Positions 17,596 to 27,569 of a DNA stretch of 38,350 nucleotides are shown one piece after another. The number at the start of each line of letters is the position of its first letter. The stretch's first letter is position 1. Where the stretch lies: positions 1 through 38,350 of the IMG/VR virus record IMGVR_UViG_3300017985_000052; one strand, 5' to 3'. Below the pieces are notes generated by a model. That model worked only from the letters and a program-made list of their open reading frames with translations, had not been told where the DNA came from and did not search any database. The stretch comes from a virus. Taxonomy: Duplodnaviria > Caudoviricetes. Made by a program: the position numbers and the translations under genes.

Positions 17596-19452
17596 ATGCC
17601 ACTAGTACCATTTGAAAACGTAGGCTCTCTTGGAATTATCCAAGACACGCCTCCGTATAACTTACCACAAGGCGCATGGTCTGACGGCAACAACGTAAGA
17701 TTCCTTGATAACGGCGTAAAGAAAATCGCTGGTTACAAGGAGGTTATGGCTACCTGTCCGTTTGCCCCGTATTACATTACTCCATACCTTGCGGCTGATG
17801 GCACATATTATTGGGTAGCATTTGGTCTTACTGATATTGCAGTATGGGATGGAACGGTATGGACGGATGTAACACGACAAAATACCCTTACTTTAAATGG
17901 ACACGTTAACAAAAACTCTTCCAGTATTACAGTAGATACTGGCACAGTATTAGATTCTTTGGCTTCTAGCGGAACACTGTTTGTTGGTACTGATACAACA
18001 GAAGATGATGATGAAACGTCTGGTAATATATTTGAAGAACTAACCTACTCATCTGTTAATACTTCAACTGGTGTAATTACTTTATCATCTAATAATTTAT
18101 ATCACCATACAGATAACGCTGTTGTTACCCCAAGTCAAACAACAACTACGTCTGATTGGGATTATCAATCTAACGATCAAAGCAGAAAGTGGTCTTCTAC
18201 TAATTTAAATGGATTGTTAGTCGCTACAAATGGTGTTGATCCACCACAAATGTGGCCTCTTAATGCTGGTATTCCTAATGTTGCAAATCCTTTTATGGAA
18301 TTGCGTAACTGGACAGCGCCGGGACATTCTTGCAAATCAATAAGATCGTTTAGAACTTTTCTTATTGGCCTTAATTGGAGTAGAACTAACGAAGAACCTC
18401 GTTTAGTTAAATGGTCTACTGAAGCGTCGTTTGGTAATCCGCCTTCAACATGGTCAGAAACAGATGCTATTCTTGATGCTGGTGAGTATGAATTGTCAGA
18501 CACAGAAGGTGAGATTGTGGATGGGTTGCCTCTTGGCGACTCGTTTATGATCTATAAAAACGATTCTATTTATGTAATGAACTATGTGGGAACTCCATAC
18601 ATATTTTCATTTAAATTGTTGTCACCTACTATTGGCGCACTGTCTAAAAATTCTATTGCAGAGTTTGAGGGCGGGCATTTTTTTATTGGCAACTCTGACT
18701 GTTATGTTTGTAACGGACAAACAGTAACAGCGCTTCTTCCAAATAAAATGCGACGGGCCATGTTTGATAACTTAGATGGTGATACTTACGAAAGATGCTA
18801 TGTTGTAGCAGATTACGTTAGAAATGAAATGCTTGCTTGCTTTCCCAGTTCTGACTCAACAACAATTGATAGAGCATTAATATGGAACTGGAAAGACAAC
18901 ACATTTTCATTTAGAGATATGCCGGATGCGGCTCATGCTAATCACGGAATTATTGATATTACCGCTGGTGCAACATGGGATGCTAGTTCTGATTACTGGA
19001 ACACAGGGTCAGGCGCTTGGGGCGAAAGAAACTACGACAGCGTAAAAGAAAATTTAGTATTTTGTGACATTACAAATACTAAAGTTTATCGAGATAATTT
19101 TGGTAACAAAAAAGATACTGCTAATATGACATCGTATGTTGAGCGTACTGGGCTTGATCTTAATGACCCTCAGTCTGTAAAGTTTGTATCTGCAGTGTAC
19201 CCCCAAATTGAAGTAAGCGGTGACAATACAGTTAACGTGTATGTAGGTAGGCAAATGTCTCCAGAAGGCGGTGTAACGTGGGAAGGGCCAACAGTCTTTA
19301 ACCCAAACACTCAGTCTAAAGTGTCGTGTAGAGTAAGTGGTAAATACTTTGGTATTAAAGTAGAGTCAACTACAGACATTGATTGGAAGTTACATGGCGT
19401 TGCGTTTGAGGTACAACAACGAGGAATAAGGGGATTAAGATCATATGGCTAA
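17596..19452 (+). CDS. Tail nozzle / DNA stabilisation protein (P22 gp10-like)
   Basis: 618 aa, beta-propeller-like pattern, 'GII.D.PPY.LP..AWSDG.NVRF'; position before ejection genes. Confidence 0.75.
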   Translation: MPLVPFENVGSLGIIQDTPPYNLPQGAWSDGNNVRFLDNGVKKIAGYKEVMATCPFAPYYITPYLAADGTYYWVAFGLTDIAVWDGTVWTDVTRQNTLTLNGHVNKNSSSITVDTGTVLDSLASSGTLFVGTDTTEDDDETSGNIFEELTYSSVNTSTGVITLSSNNLYHHTDNAVVTPSQTTTTSDWDYQSNDQSRKWSSTNLNGLLVATNGVDPPQMWPLNAGIPNVANPFMELRNWTAPGHSCKSIRSFRTFLIGLNWSRTNEEPRLVKWSTEASFGNPPSTWSETDAILDAGEYELSDTEGEIVDGLPLGDSFMIYKNDSIYVMNYVGTPYIFSFKLLSPTIGALSKNSIAEFEGGHFFIGNSDCYVCNGQTVTALLPNKMRRAMFDNLDGDTYERCYVVADYVRNEMLACFPSSDSTTIDRALIWNWKDNTFSFRDMPDAAHANHGIIDITAGATWDASSDYWNTGSGAWGERNYDSVKENLVFCDITNTKVYRDNFGNKKDTANMTSYVERTGLDLNDPQSVKFVSAVYPQIEVSGDNTVNVYVGRQMSPEGGVTWEGPTVFNPNTQSKVSCRVSGKYFGIKVESTTDIDWKLHGVAFEVQQRGIRGLRSYG

Positions 19453-19735
19453 TGCACCATCAAAAGTAGTAAAGTCTGTAAACCGATGGACTCCTAACCC
19501 TGCGCCAGTAAACAACGAAAATCTATCAGACTATTTGTACCACGAACTTAACAGACTGTCTGATGTTCTTTTTAATATTGATGTTATGAGACTGGAGCCT
19601 ACTCATCGTGACCCATCTTATGACAACGGGAAACCAAGAGCGGGAGATATAAGATATGCGGATGGCACGGACTGGAATCCTAGCGGCAGTGCTGGCATTC
19701 ATTGGTACAACGGCACTAGTTGGTCTAAACTTTAG
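19445..19735 (+). CDS. Small virion protein following the nozzle
   Basis: 'YL..EL.RL...KPR.GDIRYADGT.WNP....G...YNG..W'. Confidence 0.65.
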   Translation: MANAPSKVVKSVNRWTPNPAPVNNENLSDYLYHELNRLSDVLFNIDVMRLEPTHRDPSYDNGKPRAGDIRYADGTDWNPSGSAGIHWYNGTSWSKL

Positions 19736-20726
19736 TATTGCAGATTATAAATCTACCTTTCTGATTAACGGTGCTGAGTACAGCACGTTGTCATGGCTGG
19801 CCCCCGATACGGCTACGGAGAAGTGGACGTTAGCCACTTTAAACAAAATCATTAACAATGGAGATACCTACGCCGATGTCATGGCGAGAAGTACCGCCAA
19901 AGACTTTGGATATGTAAATGGAATTGATAGGGATTATTGGCGCAACCGCCTTAACAGGTTGCGTAGTAGCGGCATACAGCCCGTCGTATGGCTCGTTTCA
20001 GACGACTCTCCAGACGTTTATAAACTGGGTTTACAGAATCAGATTGATTACCAAAATAAAGTTGTTGATGCGGTTGACGATCTTGTTAGCCATTATGTTG
20101 TTTGTCTTGAGTGCGATGAATATTACAGTGCTGGGCAGGTTAACACTCTTATAAAAGAGTTGCGTAAGAAGGGTGTCAACAAGCCTATTGGTGTTCACCT
20201 AACCCCCGGAGTCAAGCCAGAATACTATGCCGAAGCAGACGTTATCTACCTCCAAACAGGATTTAATCTTACAGAACAACAGTTCAGAGCCAGCATCGAA
20301 GAAGCCCTTCGGATTGGAAAACCAGTTGTCGTATCTGAGTACCACATGGACGGAACGACAGCAAGAGCAAGAGCGTTTGGAGACATTGCTTGCTCGTATG
20401 CGGGAGTCGTCGGAACAGGAAACGGAAGAGGTAATACCGTCTGTGGGTCTTTGGTAGAGGACGCAAAAAAGAAAGACGAGTGGGATCGCATACAAGAGTT
20501 TGCTAAAAAGAACGAAACGGAACTTATGATGTTTGCTGTACTTCTGTTAGCCGCATATGACAAGTTTGGTTTTGATGAACCACTACCGTTTATGGTGCGA
20601 TTTAACTACGCTACAGATAATGGATATGAGGTTATGTTGCTTGCCCCTGTCGCTGATGACTTGGATGCAGGTGTAACTTACGACAACAACGGCAGAGTAA
20701 TGCTGTTTGGGAATAAAAGATTTTGA
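19662..20726 (+). CDS. Secreted glycoside-hydrolase-like (clan GH-A TIM barrel) protein with possible C-terminal beta anchor
   Basis: Hydrophobic N-terminus (ILAAVLAFIGTTALVGL); alternating beta/alpha pattern; CLECDE and KPVVVSEY at positions like GH-A catalytic Glu residues; C-terminal beta strands ending in Phe; start at 19656 or 19662. Confidence 0.55.
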   Translation: MARTGILAAVLAFIGTTALVGLNFSIADYKSTFLINGAEYSTLSWLAPDTATEKWTLATLNKIINNGDTYADVMARSTAKDFGYVNGIDRDYWRNRLNRLRSSGIQPVVWLVSDDSPDVYKLGLQNQIDYQNKVVDAVDDLVSHYVVCLECDEYYSAGQVNTLIKELRKKGVNKPIGVHLTPGVKPEYYAEADVIYLQTGFNLTEQQFRASIEEALRIGKPVVVSEYHMDGTTARARAFGDIACSYAGVVGTGNGRGNTVCGSLVEDAKKKDEWDRIQEFAKKNETELMMFAVLLLAAYDKFGFDEPLPFMVRFNYATDNGYEVMLLAPVADDLDAGVTYDNNGRVMLFGNKRF

Positions 20727-21142
20727 TAGCGGGAATTGTAGACGTAAAGGATGTTCAGCACATATGGCATAAGGTAGAGCCTATGCTTGATAAGGTGTGC
20801 AACAGAAGTCAGGGGGAACTACTTGCCAAAGATTATCTGCCATACATTATGGATGGGGATGCTCATTTGTGGGTTGCTGTAGAGGATGGCAATATTATTA
20901 TATCTATGGTGACTCAGTTTATAGAGTATCCGCAAAAGAAAATTCTTCGCGTCACCGCTATTGCCGGAGAAAAGTTTTCAGAGATTCACGAAAAGTTTAA
21001 CGATATGTTTGAGTCATTTGCTATAGACAATGGATGCACGGCTCTTGAACTATGGGGTAGAAAAGGATGGAAAAAAATGTTACCAGAATGGAATGATTCA
21101 TATATTGTTTACACTAAAGAAATAAAAGAGAGGATGCACTAA
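20723..21142 (+). CDS. GNAT-fold-like protein of the ejection module
   Basis: TTG start overlapping upstream stop; 'LWVA...VTQFIEYP.KK.L...IAG...FA..NGC..LELWGRKGW'. Confidence 0.6.
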   Translation: MIAGIVDVKDVQHIWHKVEPMLDKVCNRSQGELLAKDYLPYIMDGDAHLWVAVEDGNIIISMVTQFIEYPQKKILRVTAIAGEKFSEIHEKFNDMFESFAIDNGCTALELWGRKGWKKMLPEWNDSYIVYTKEIKERMH

Positions 21143-21924
21143 TGGCAGACAGTAATCTCTATGAAAGAGACCCAAACCTTACATTCAGCGAGCCAACCAC
21201 ACCATCTGGAAGATTTGCTAGCGGTATTTTAGGTTCATTGTTAAATCCAATTATTAAACCATCGGCTGACAATCGAAGAAGCGTAGTAGACAACACAGGA
21301 CAACTGTGGAGAGAAGCGGATGCCGGTAGTGGTATATATTACAAATTCGGAACAAGAGGGTTTGCCTCAGTAAATCTTGGCGCATCTTCTCCTTCAAGCC
21401 CTTCAAGTGGCTCAGGAACAAGCGGGGGAAGTGTTGGTTACTCTGAGGGAACTGGTGGAATGTTGGGAGGTGGAAACTTTGACACATCTGGAAACCCCAT
21501 AGGCCCATACCCTTTTGAAAATGTTTTCTTTCCCCAGTTGACTCAAGCATACGAAAGGCCAGCAGGAAATGACTACAGAAACTTATTTGCATCATACGGA
21601 TTTACCGGGCCTTTGGCCCAGATGGAAGGCGCTTATGAGCCGGGAACAGTAGAAGGCGCGGCTTTAGTACCCGGCGGTATTCTTGAGTACCAGCCACCAA
21701 GACTTAACACTGGACTTCCTACATTTGTTGGTAATCCATATGGATCGTTACAATTACCAGACAATTGGGAGGAACTTCTTACATTAGGAGAAGAGGAGGA
21801 AAGAGAAGGCAGTAGTAGAACTTCTGGTAGAAGGGCGGCCAACCATCCAGAGACAAAAAATATTCCCGAAGGTCAAACTTATTCTTACTCAGGGACTAGC
21901 GGAATACCAACGGTAACAGGATAA
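21142..21924 (+). CDS. Putative internal virion (ejection) protein
   Basis: Gly/Ser/Pro-rich low complexity; position. Confidence 0.5.
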   Translation: MADSNLYERDPNLTFSEPTTPSGRFASGILGSLLNPIIKPSADNRRSVVDNTGQLWREADAGSGIYYKFGTRGFASVNLGASSPSSPSSGSGTSGGSVGYSEGTGGMLGGGNFDTSGNPIGPYPFENVFFPQLTQAYERPAGNDYRNLFASYGFTGPLAQMEGAYEPGTVEGAALVPGGILEYQPPRLNTGLPTFVGNPYGSLQLPDNWEELLTLGEEEEREGSSRTSGRRAANHPETKNIPEGQTYSYSGTSGIPTVTG

Positions 21925-21943
21925 TTTAAAAGAGGATATAGAT

Positions 21944-23011
21944 ATGGGTGGAGGACAACCACAAGTCGTAACGACTAACACAGCGCCGTGGAAGGGACAG
22001 CAAAAGTATCTTCTTAAAGGCTTTGACATGGCTGAACGTATGTTCAACGATGTCCCTAACTACTACCCCGGAGAAACTGTTGCAGGATTTGACCCGCTAC
22101 AGACTAGGGCGCAGGAAGAGACTATTGGCTATGCGTTAGGCCCAAGAGCGCAAGCACAGCAGGTTGGTGCAGAAGAGGCTTTGCTCAGAGGTCTTGGTGG
22201 ACAGACAGGATTTACACCTCAACAAACAGCAGACCTTCTCGCCGGTAATGTTCGCACTGGCGCTGGCACTCCTTATCAGGCAATGGCAGATGCGCTGTCT
22301 GGTGACGTAGTAAACAGGCTACAGGGTAGCGTACTTCCGGGTATTAGACAACAGCAGGTAATGTACCAACCGGGTGGTTCCAGCCGCGCCGCGCTTGAAC
22401 AGAATAAGGCTGTCACATCAGCGGTTAAGCAGGGCCTTACGACTCCTCTTGCACAGATGTACAGCAATGCGTATCAAACAGCGCAGGGCATGAGACTGCC
22501 TGCCGCGCAACAACGAATCAATCAGCAGGCAACCGCTATGGGTATGTATCCATCCATCATGTCTGCACCTCTTAGTATGTACGGTGCTATTGGTGACATC
22601 GGCGCACAACGCAGGGCGCTTACTCAGGCCACTATGGACGCTGATATGGCTCGATATCAGTATCAGGCTACCGCACCTCAACAGGCTTTGGCTAACTACA
22701 TGAACGCCATTCAAGGCAACTACGGTGGGCAGTCTTACCAGACATCGCCCGGCCCGTCTGCTCTCGATCAGGCCGGTCAGATTCTAGGTCTGGTTGGCAC
22801 TGGGGTGGCACTTGCTGGCTCTGACCGCAGAATCAAGAACAACATTGTTCCAGAGGGTAGCAAATGGAAGGGCTTGAATGTCTACTCCTTTAACTACATC
22901 GGAGATGATACTCCGCGCAGAGGTGTAATGGCGCAAGAGGCAGAGGTTCTTTATCCTCACGCTGTGCATGAAGTTGGCGGCATCAAGTTCGTGGATTACG
23001 GAGCAATCTAA
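21944..23011 (+). CDS. Ejection/DNA-transfer protein with C-terminal peptidase S74 intramolecular chaperone domain
   Basis: MGGG start, Q/A-rich body; C-terminal SDRRIKNNI...YSFNY...GVMAQE...P.AV...VDY. Confidence 0.75.
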   Translation: MGGGQPQVVTTNTAPWKGQQKYLLKGFDMAERMFNDVPNYYPGETVAGFDPLQTRAQEETIGYALGPRAQAQQVGAEEALLRGLGGQTGFTPQQTADLLAGNVRTGAGTPYQAMADALSGDVVNRLQGSVLPGIRQQQVMYQPGGSSRAALEQNKAVTSAVKQGLTTPLAQMYSNAYQTAQGMRLPAAQQRINQQATAMGMYPSIMSAPLSMYGAIGDIGAQRRALTQATMDADMARYQYQATAPQQALANYMNAIQGNYGGQSYQTSPGPSALDQAGQILGLVGTGVALAGSDRRIKNNIVPEGSKWKGLNVYSFNYIGDDTPRRGVMAQEAEVLYPHAVHEVGGIKFVDYGAI

Positions 23012-23577
23012 TGGCTGGTGGTATGCAACCTAATGTCGGTTTAGGCGCTGGTGTTGCGCCTACTAATAACCTTGTTGGCGCTTATAAAATGCCAGATGTT
23101 TCTGAGAATATGAGAAGAGCAACAGGAGTAATGGGCATGGGAGATTTACCGCCTGCGACAACAGCCGACCAAATGAGTGAGAGATGGCAGATGTTTGCAG
23201 GAGATGAGAGTATAGGCTCTTATAAATACGGAACTTTAGAAAGTGAACGAGACCTCAATATGCGAAGGGCAGGAGGCTTTGAGCCAAAGTTTATAGGCAA
23301 TCCTGAATCGGGTAACATAAAGGCGGTTGGCAAGTATACGCAATCAGAGGTTGATGAACTTAAAGAAGAGTATAAAAAACAAGAGGAAATACTGGCGGCA
23401 CAACGACAACAGTTTGCCGAACTTGCGGCAGGTAGCGGAACACCACAGCCAAGAGGCGCTGGCTCTGTAAACGTGGGATCAAGAGGCCCAATACAGATTA
23501 ACCCTCTTAACCCAGTCGCACAGATAAAACAACCAGAGATTCTGACCGGCCCATTTCTAGGTCGATGGCGTAGGTAG
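23011..23577 (+). CDS. Putative internal virion protein
   Basis: TAATG-coupled, 188 aa, Gly/Met-rich; position. Confidence 0.55.
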   Translation: MAGGMQPNVGLGAGVAPTNNLVGAYKMPDVSENMRRATGVMGMGDLPPATTADQMSERWQMFAGDESIGSYKYGTLESERDLNMRRAGGFEPKFIGNPESGNIKAVGKYTQSEVDELKEEYKKQEEILAAQRQQFAELAAGSGTPQPRGAGSVNVGSRGPIQINPLNPVAQIKQPEILTGPFLGRWRR

Positions 23578-23589
23578 ACGGAGATACAT

Positions 23590-24876
23590 ATGGATGATTT
23601 TGATCTAAGTTCTTTTGATACGTTTGATGTCCAACAGCGTAGGATGGAACTTGCAAACCAACCTGTTAGCGAAGAACTATTAAAGGCTAGAGCAAACACC
23701 GAAAGAATGGTGAAGCAATATAACGCCATGAATCTTTTTCTTGGCGCTATGGGCAAAAGAACAGGCGCCCCTATGTCTATGCCTACCTATGACGACAATT
23801 CGGCAAGCGTACAGAAGCAAGCGAGTCAGCAGGTCAACAGAGAGTTGATTCAGTCGTTAACCAGATTGCAGGAGCAGATAGGCAGGCCACTCACAATGGA
23901 TGAGATACCTGCGATTATAAAAAGTTTTAATCTTGGCCCATCCAACATGAAGGCTTTAGAAGATGTTCTTCCATATATTGGTATAACCAGAGAAGAGCAA
24001 CGAAAGCGTCGTGAAGAATCCAGCGATCTTAATGTAGCCGCCGCATATGACGAGGTAATGCAAACTCACAGAGGTTTGATTGCTGGTGCTGGGCCTGAAA
24101 CTATAGGCAACAGAATTGAAGAGGCTATTGCTGATATTAATTCTAGAGATGATCTTAGTGCGGAAGAAAAGCAGGCGGCATCAGATCAGTTGTTTGCGGA
24201 TTTTAAAGATGTTGCCAGCCTTAACAAAGAAAGCCGTAGCGAAATAAGGGCGATCCAGAAGGATCAAGATGATGCTCTTAAACGAGCAAGGCTCACTGGA
24301 CAGAACGTAACTGTTGCTGAATACATGGACAAGGCTATTGAAAGGGTCAATAACGGGGAATCATGGGAACAGGTTAACAGAGATATTATTGCAAGTGCTA
24401 ACGACTTTATTTCAAACAAAGAAGTAATGGCATCTCTTCAGAGTCAATTAAAAGCAATCAAGCCAGAGGACAAGAGAACTGCCGCTCTTAAATCTTTTGA
24501 AGAGAAACAGGGCATGATTACGGGAGGTGGAATCAGAGGCATTGAAGAGGCAATTCAGATGGAGATTGAATCTCGCAGTCAGAATCCTTTGATGTATAAG
24601 TTCACAGGCCCGATGAATGAGGCAATGGCTATCGAGAATGTATTCTACAATCTCAAGATTGCTAAACCAGAAGCCATTAACGAAGACGCGTTTAGAGCGG
24701 AGTTTTCCAAGTTTAAAGAGGCGATAAAAAACTTAGAACCGCAAATACAGAAAGATGAAATAATGAAAGCAATGAGAAATGCATCAGAGAAATTGAAACT
24801 TCCTGTCAGGCTTCTTCTGTATGTGGTATACGGTAAGGAAGGTTATGAAAAATTAATTAAAGAAGGACGTGTTTAA
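23590..24876 (+). CDS. Putative ejection protein (helical)
   Basis: SD GGAG; 428 aa, coiled-coil-like composition. Confidence 0.6.
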   Translation: MDDFDLSSFDTFDVQQRRMELANQPVSEELLKARANTERMVKQYNAMNLFLGAMGKRTGAPMSMPTYDDNSASVQKQASQQVNRELIQSLTRLQEQIGRPLTMDEIPAIIKSFNLGPSNMKALEDVLPYIGITREEQRKRREESSDLNVAAAYDEVMQTHRGLIAGAGPETIGNRIEEAIADINSRDDLSAEEKQAASDQLFADFKDVASLNKESRSEIRAIQKDQDDALKRARLTGQNVTVAEYMDKAIERVNNGESWEQVNRDIIASANDFISNKEVMASLQSQLKAIKPEDKRTAALKSFEEKQGMITGGGIRGIEEAIQMEIESRSQNPLMYKFTGPMNEAMAIENVFYNLKIAKPEAINEDAFRAEFSKFKEAIKNLEPQIQKDEIMKAMRNASEKLKLPVRLLLYVVYGKEGYEKLIKEGRV

Positions 24877-27569
24877 TGTCTGATTACAGAAACCTGTTTC
24901 CTTTGGGTACTATCACGGAGGTAGCAACCGAGATAGACAAGAAACAGGATAACGTATACAGCGAGATGTTTAAAGATTTCGCGGGAGCCGCCCTACAGGG
25001 TTCTGCTGTTGTAGGATCAACACTTTCGGAGATTCTAGCGCCTCTTGACCAACCTCGTGGATTTGTTGAGGGTGCTAGAAGATCATTATATGAAGAGCCA
25101 TCCGTAATGGATGAGCGGTCAACAATGGAGCGCGTTATTGAGGGCGGTGTTGAAGGATTTAAAGACCCGCAGTTCCCAGAGGTTCCAATACCAGAGAGGT
25201 TTGAAGATACTGGGATAGGTAAAATTGGGAAGTTTGGCGGTGGTCTTTCCGCGTCTATCTTGGAAGACCCGTGGACATATACACCTGCCGCTTTGGTTTC
25301 GGTTCCATTTAGAATTGTTTCTTACGCAATGAAGGCTTTGGCAGGAATAAAGCCTGTCAAGTCTGCTCTTGAGTCTGGCCCTGTTACTAAAGTTCTGGAA
25401 ATGATGAACGTGTACACAGGTGACGCGGCAAAAGCAAGAAAAATTATAAATGACGTAAGGTTGGAAAGCAGGGGTCAGGAAATACTTTCCGAAAGGAACA
25501 TGGCTGAAACCAATGAATACCTTAGTCAGATGGCTGCTGATGCGGGCGTTGATCTTTCTACATTGAAGGCAGCAATACTGCAGGCGGCAGAGGCTAATGA
25601 TTTCTCTAAGGTGCAGGCCATCAGCAGGGAAGCCGTACAGTTTGCAGGAGATGAAAGAGCATTTTATCAGCAAATTCTGGAGGCAGAGAGAGCCGCAGAT
25701 ACGCCAACCGCAGACATTATGCGTCGAGCAGAGGAACTTGGCATCGAAGGATATGTTCCTCATGTTCGCAATGATACATTCACCGCTAAAGTAAAAAGGC
25801 TTTTGTCTGGAAGCATGGGAGCGCAACAGCAAAGACAAATAGCAGGAACAATCGCAGAGATCAATGCTAGAAAGGGTACTACTTTCTTCATGGATGACCC
25901 TGTTGTGTTACGCGCTATGCGTTTGAGGTGGCACAATCAGATGATGCTTGCTGACAGGGCAATGACTAGAGCGTCAAAAGAGTTTGGCGTTGCTGTGGGT
26001 AGCACGAAAAAGGGTCAGAATTTTGATCTTAACGGTGATCCCATACCAGATGATTGGGGGGTGTTAAAGAATCACGCATACCCTCCAGAAGTTCATAGAG
26101 TTTTAAACGCTCAATATCAATTACTGAGATCTCCAGAAAGAGTAGCAGGGGCCGTTAAAGTATTTGATGCAGTTCAAAATTGGTGGAAGAAATATTCTCT
26201 CGCTTCTCGTCCTGCATGGCACTCCAGAAATGCTATCGGAAACTTTTGGAATAACTATTTTATTGGCGGCGTGACAAACCCTATTGTTTACGGGCAGGCC
26301 GCCGCTGTGCAGAAAGCAATGCAGGCTAACAAGGGTTCTGTAGTAGAAAGGCTTGATATTATAAGTGGTGCTGATCGCATTGATCCATCTGTTATTGTTG
26401 GAAAAACTGGATTGACGAGAGAGCAGATTTGGAATGAGGCTGTTAAGCGCGGCGTGTATGAGTCTGGTATGTATGGTCAAGACTTGGGTCAAGCCGCTTT
26501 ACGATCATCTAATATTCCTCTTTCTACTGAGTGGTCTGGAATTAACAAAGCATTTGCGGCGGGTAAGACTGTAGAGAACAACGCTAGACTTGCTCTGTTT
26601 ATAGACCAACTTAACAAAGGCAAGTCTCTTGATGAGGCGGGGGATATGGTAAGAAAAACCCTGTTTGATTATTCTGATCTTTCAGAAACTGAAAGGAAGG
26701 TTTTTAAAAGGCTTGTCCCATTCTACACTTGGACACGTAAAAATGTTCCCGCACAATTTGAGGCTGTTTTAAAGCATCCAGATCGAGCGCAGAAACTTAA
26801 CATTCTCATTGGCAATATGCAGAACGGTGTTCAAAAGATAGACGAGAATGACGTAGAGAAATGGGCTATGAATCAGTTTCCCATATTTCTAAATGAAAAA
26901 GACAGCGAGAAATACCACACTTTTGTGACCGCCATGTCTTACCTACCCACGGCAGAACTTGAAAGAGTATTTCAAGACCCAGAAGAAATCAAGAAAATGC
27001 TTATGGATATGGGATCGCCTGTTCTTAAAGTTCCCTTTGAATTGTTTACCAATTATAGTCTGTTTAAGGAAGATGTAATTGATTATTCTCAGGGTGAGGA
27101 AGAGGCGTTTGGCGCTGGGAAAAGCGGTGAAGGTATATTCCCATTCCGCAAAAAATACGCAGACGGAACAAGGGCTGAAGGTTCACAAGAATTTTTAGGC
27201 ATAAAAGTTACGCCGAAAGAGAAACACATACTGTCCGCTCTTGTGCTTCTTAGTGAGGTAGACAGGCTTAACCCCTTCAATATATTTGGTGACGTTTCCA
27301 GCAGGGAAGAAGAGGATAGAAAATCTTGGGCTGGTGTGGAGCGTCAGGGTCAAGACATTCCAGAGTCTGCTAGATGGTTGCGAGCCATGCTTGGTTTGAG
27401 GGTATACAAAAGAGAAAAAGGTTCGGCAGAATTTTCTCATACACTAGATATGGTAAGTACGTTAAAATCTATCGAGGAAAAAATGAAGTCTGCAAAAGCC
27501 GCTAGAAACCCAGAAATTGTGAAGCATTTGGCTAAGGTTCTAGAGGACACTTTGGATAGCGCAAGATGA
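24876..27569 (+). CDS. Large ejection / internal virion protein
   Basis: 897 aa; 'YVPHV', 'WHSRNAIGNFWNNY', 'LFDYSDLS..E...FKRLVPFYTWTRKN.P' motifs seen in large podophage ejection proteins. Confidence 0.7.
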   Translation: MSDYRNLFPLGTITEVATEIDKKQDNVYSEMFKDFAGAALQGSAVVGSTLSEILAPLDQPRGFVEGARRSLYEEPSVMDERSTMERVIEGGVEGFKDPQFPEVPIPERFEDTGIGKIGKFGGGLSASILEDPWTYTPAALVSVPFRIVSYAMKALAGIKPVKSALESGPVTKVLEMMNVYTGDAAKARKIINDVRLESRGQEILSERNMAETNEYLSQMAADAGVDLSTLKAAILQAAEANDFSKVQAISREAVQFAGDERAFYQQILEAERAADTPTADIMRRAEELGIEGYVPHVRNDTFTAKVKRLLSGSMGAQQQRQIAGTIAEINARKGTTFFMDDPVVLRAMRLRWHNQMMLADRAMTRASKEFGVAVGSTKKGQNFDLNGDPIPDDWGVLKNHAYPPEVHRVLNAQYQLLRSPERVAGAVKVFDAVQNWWKKYSLASRPAWHSRNAIGNFWNNYFIGGVTNPIVYGQAAAVQKAMQANKGSVVERLDIISGADRIDPSVIVGKTGLTREQIWNEAVKRGVYESGMYGQDLGQAALRSSNIPLSTEWSGINKAFAAGKTVENNARLALFIDQLNKGKSLDEAGDMVRKTLFDYSDLSETERKVFKRLVPFYTWTRKNVPAQFEAVLKHPDRAQKLNILIGNMQNGVQKIDENDVEKWAMNQFPIFLNEKDSEKYHTFVTAMSYLPTAELERVFQDPEEIKKMLMDMGSPVLKVPFELFTNYSLFKEDVIDYSQGEEEAFGAGKSGEGIFPFRKKYADGTRAEGSQEFLGIKVTPKEKHILSALVLLSEVDRLNPFNIFGDVSSREEEDRKSWAGVERQGQDIPESARWLRAMLGLRVYKREKGSAEFSHTLDMVSTLKSIEEKMKSAKAARNPEIVKHLAKVLEDTLDSAR

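Noticed and set aside
23220-23756. 178-aa minus-strand ORF
   Set aside because: Antisense to two well-coupled + strand genes; shadow-like composition
25119-25838. 239-aa minus-strand ORF
   Set aside because: Entirely antisense to the 897-aa ejection gene; no SD or motifs
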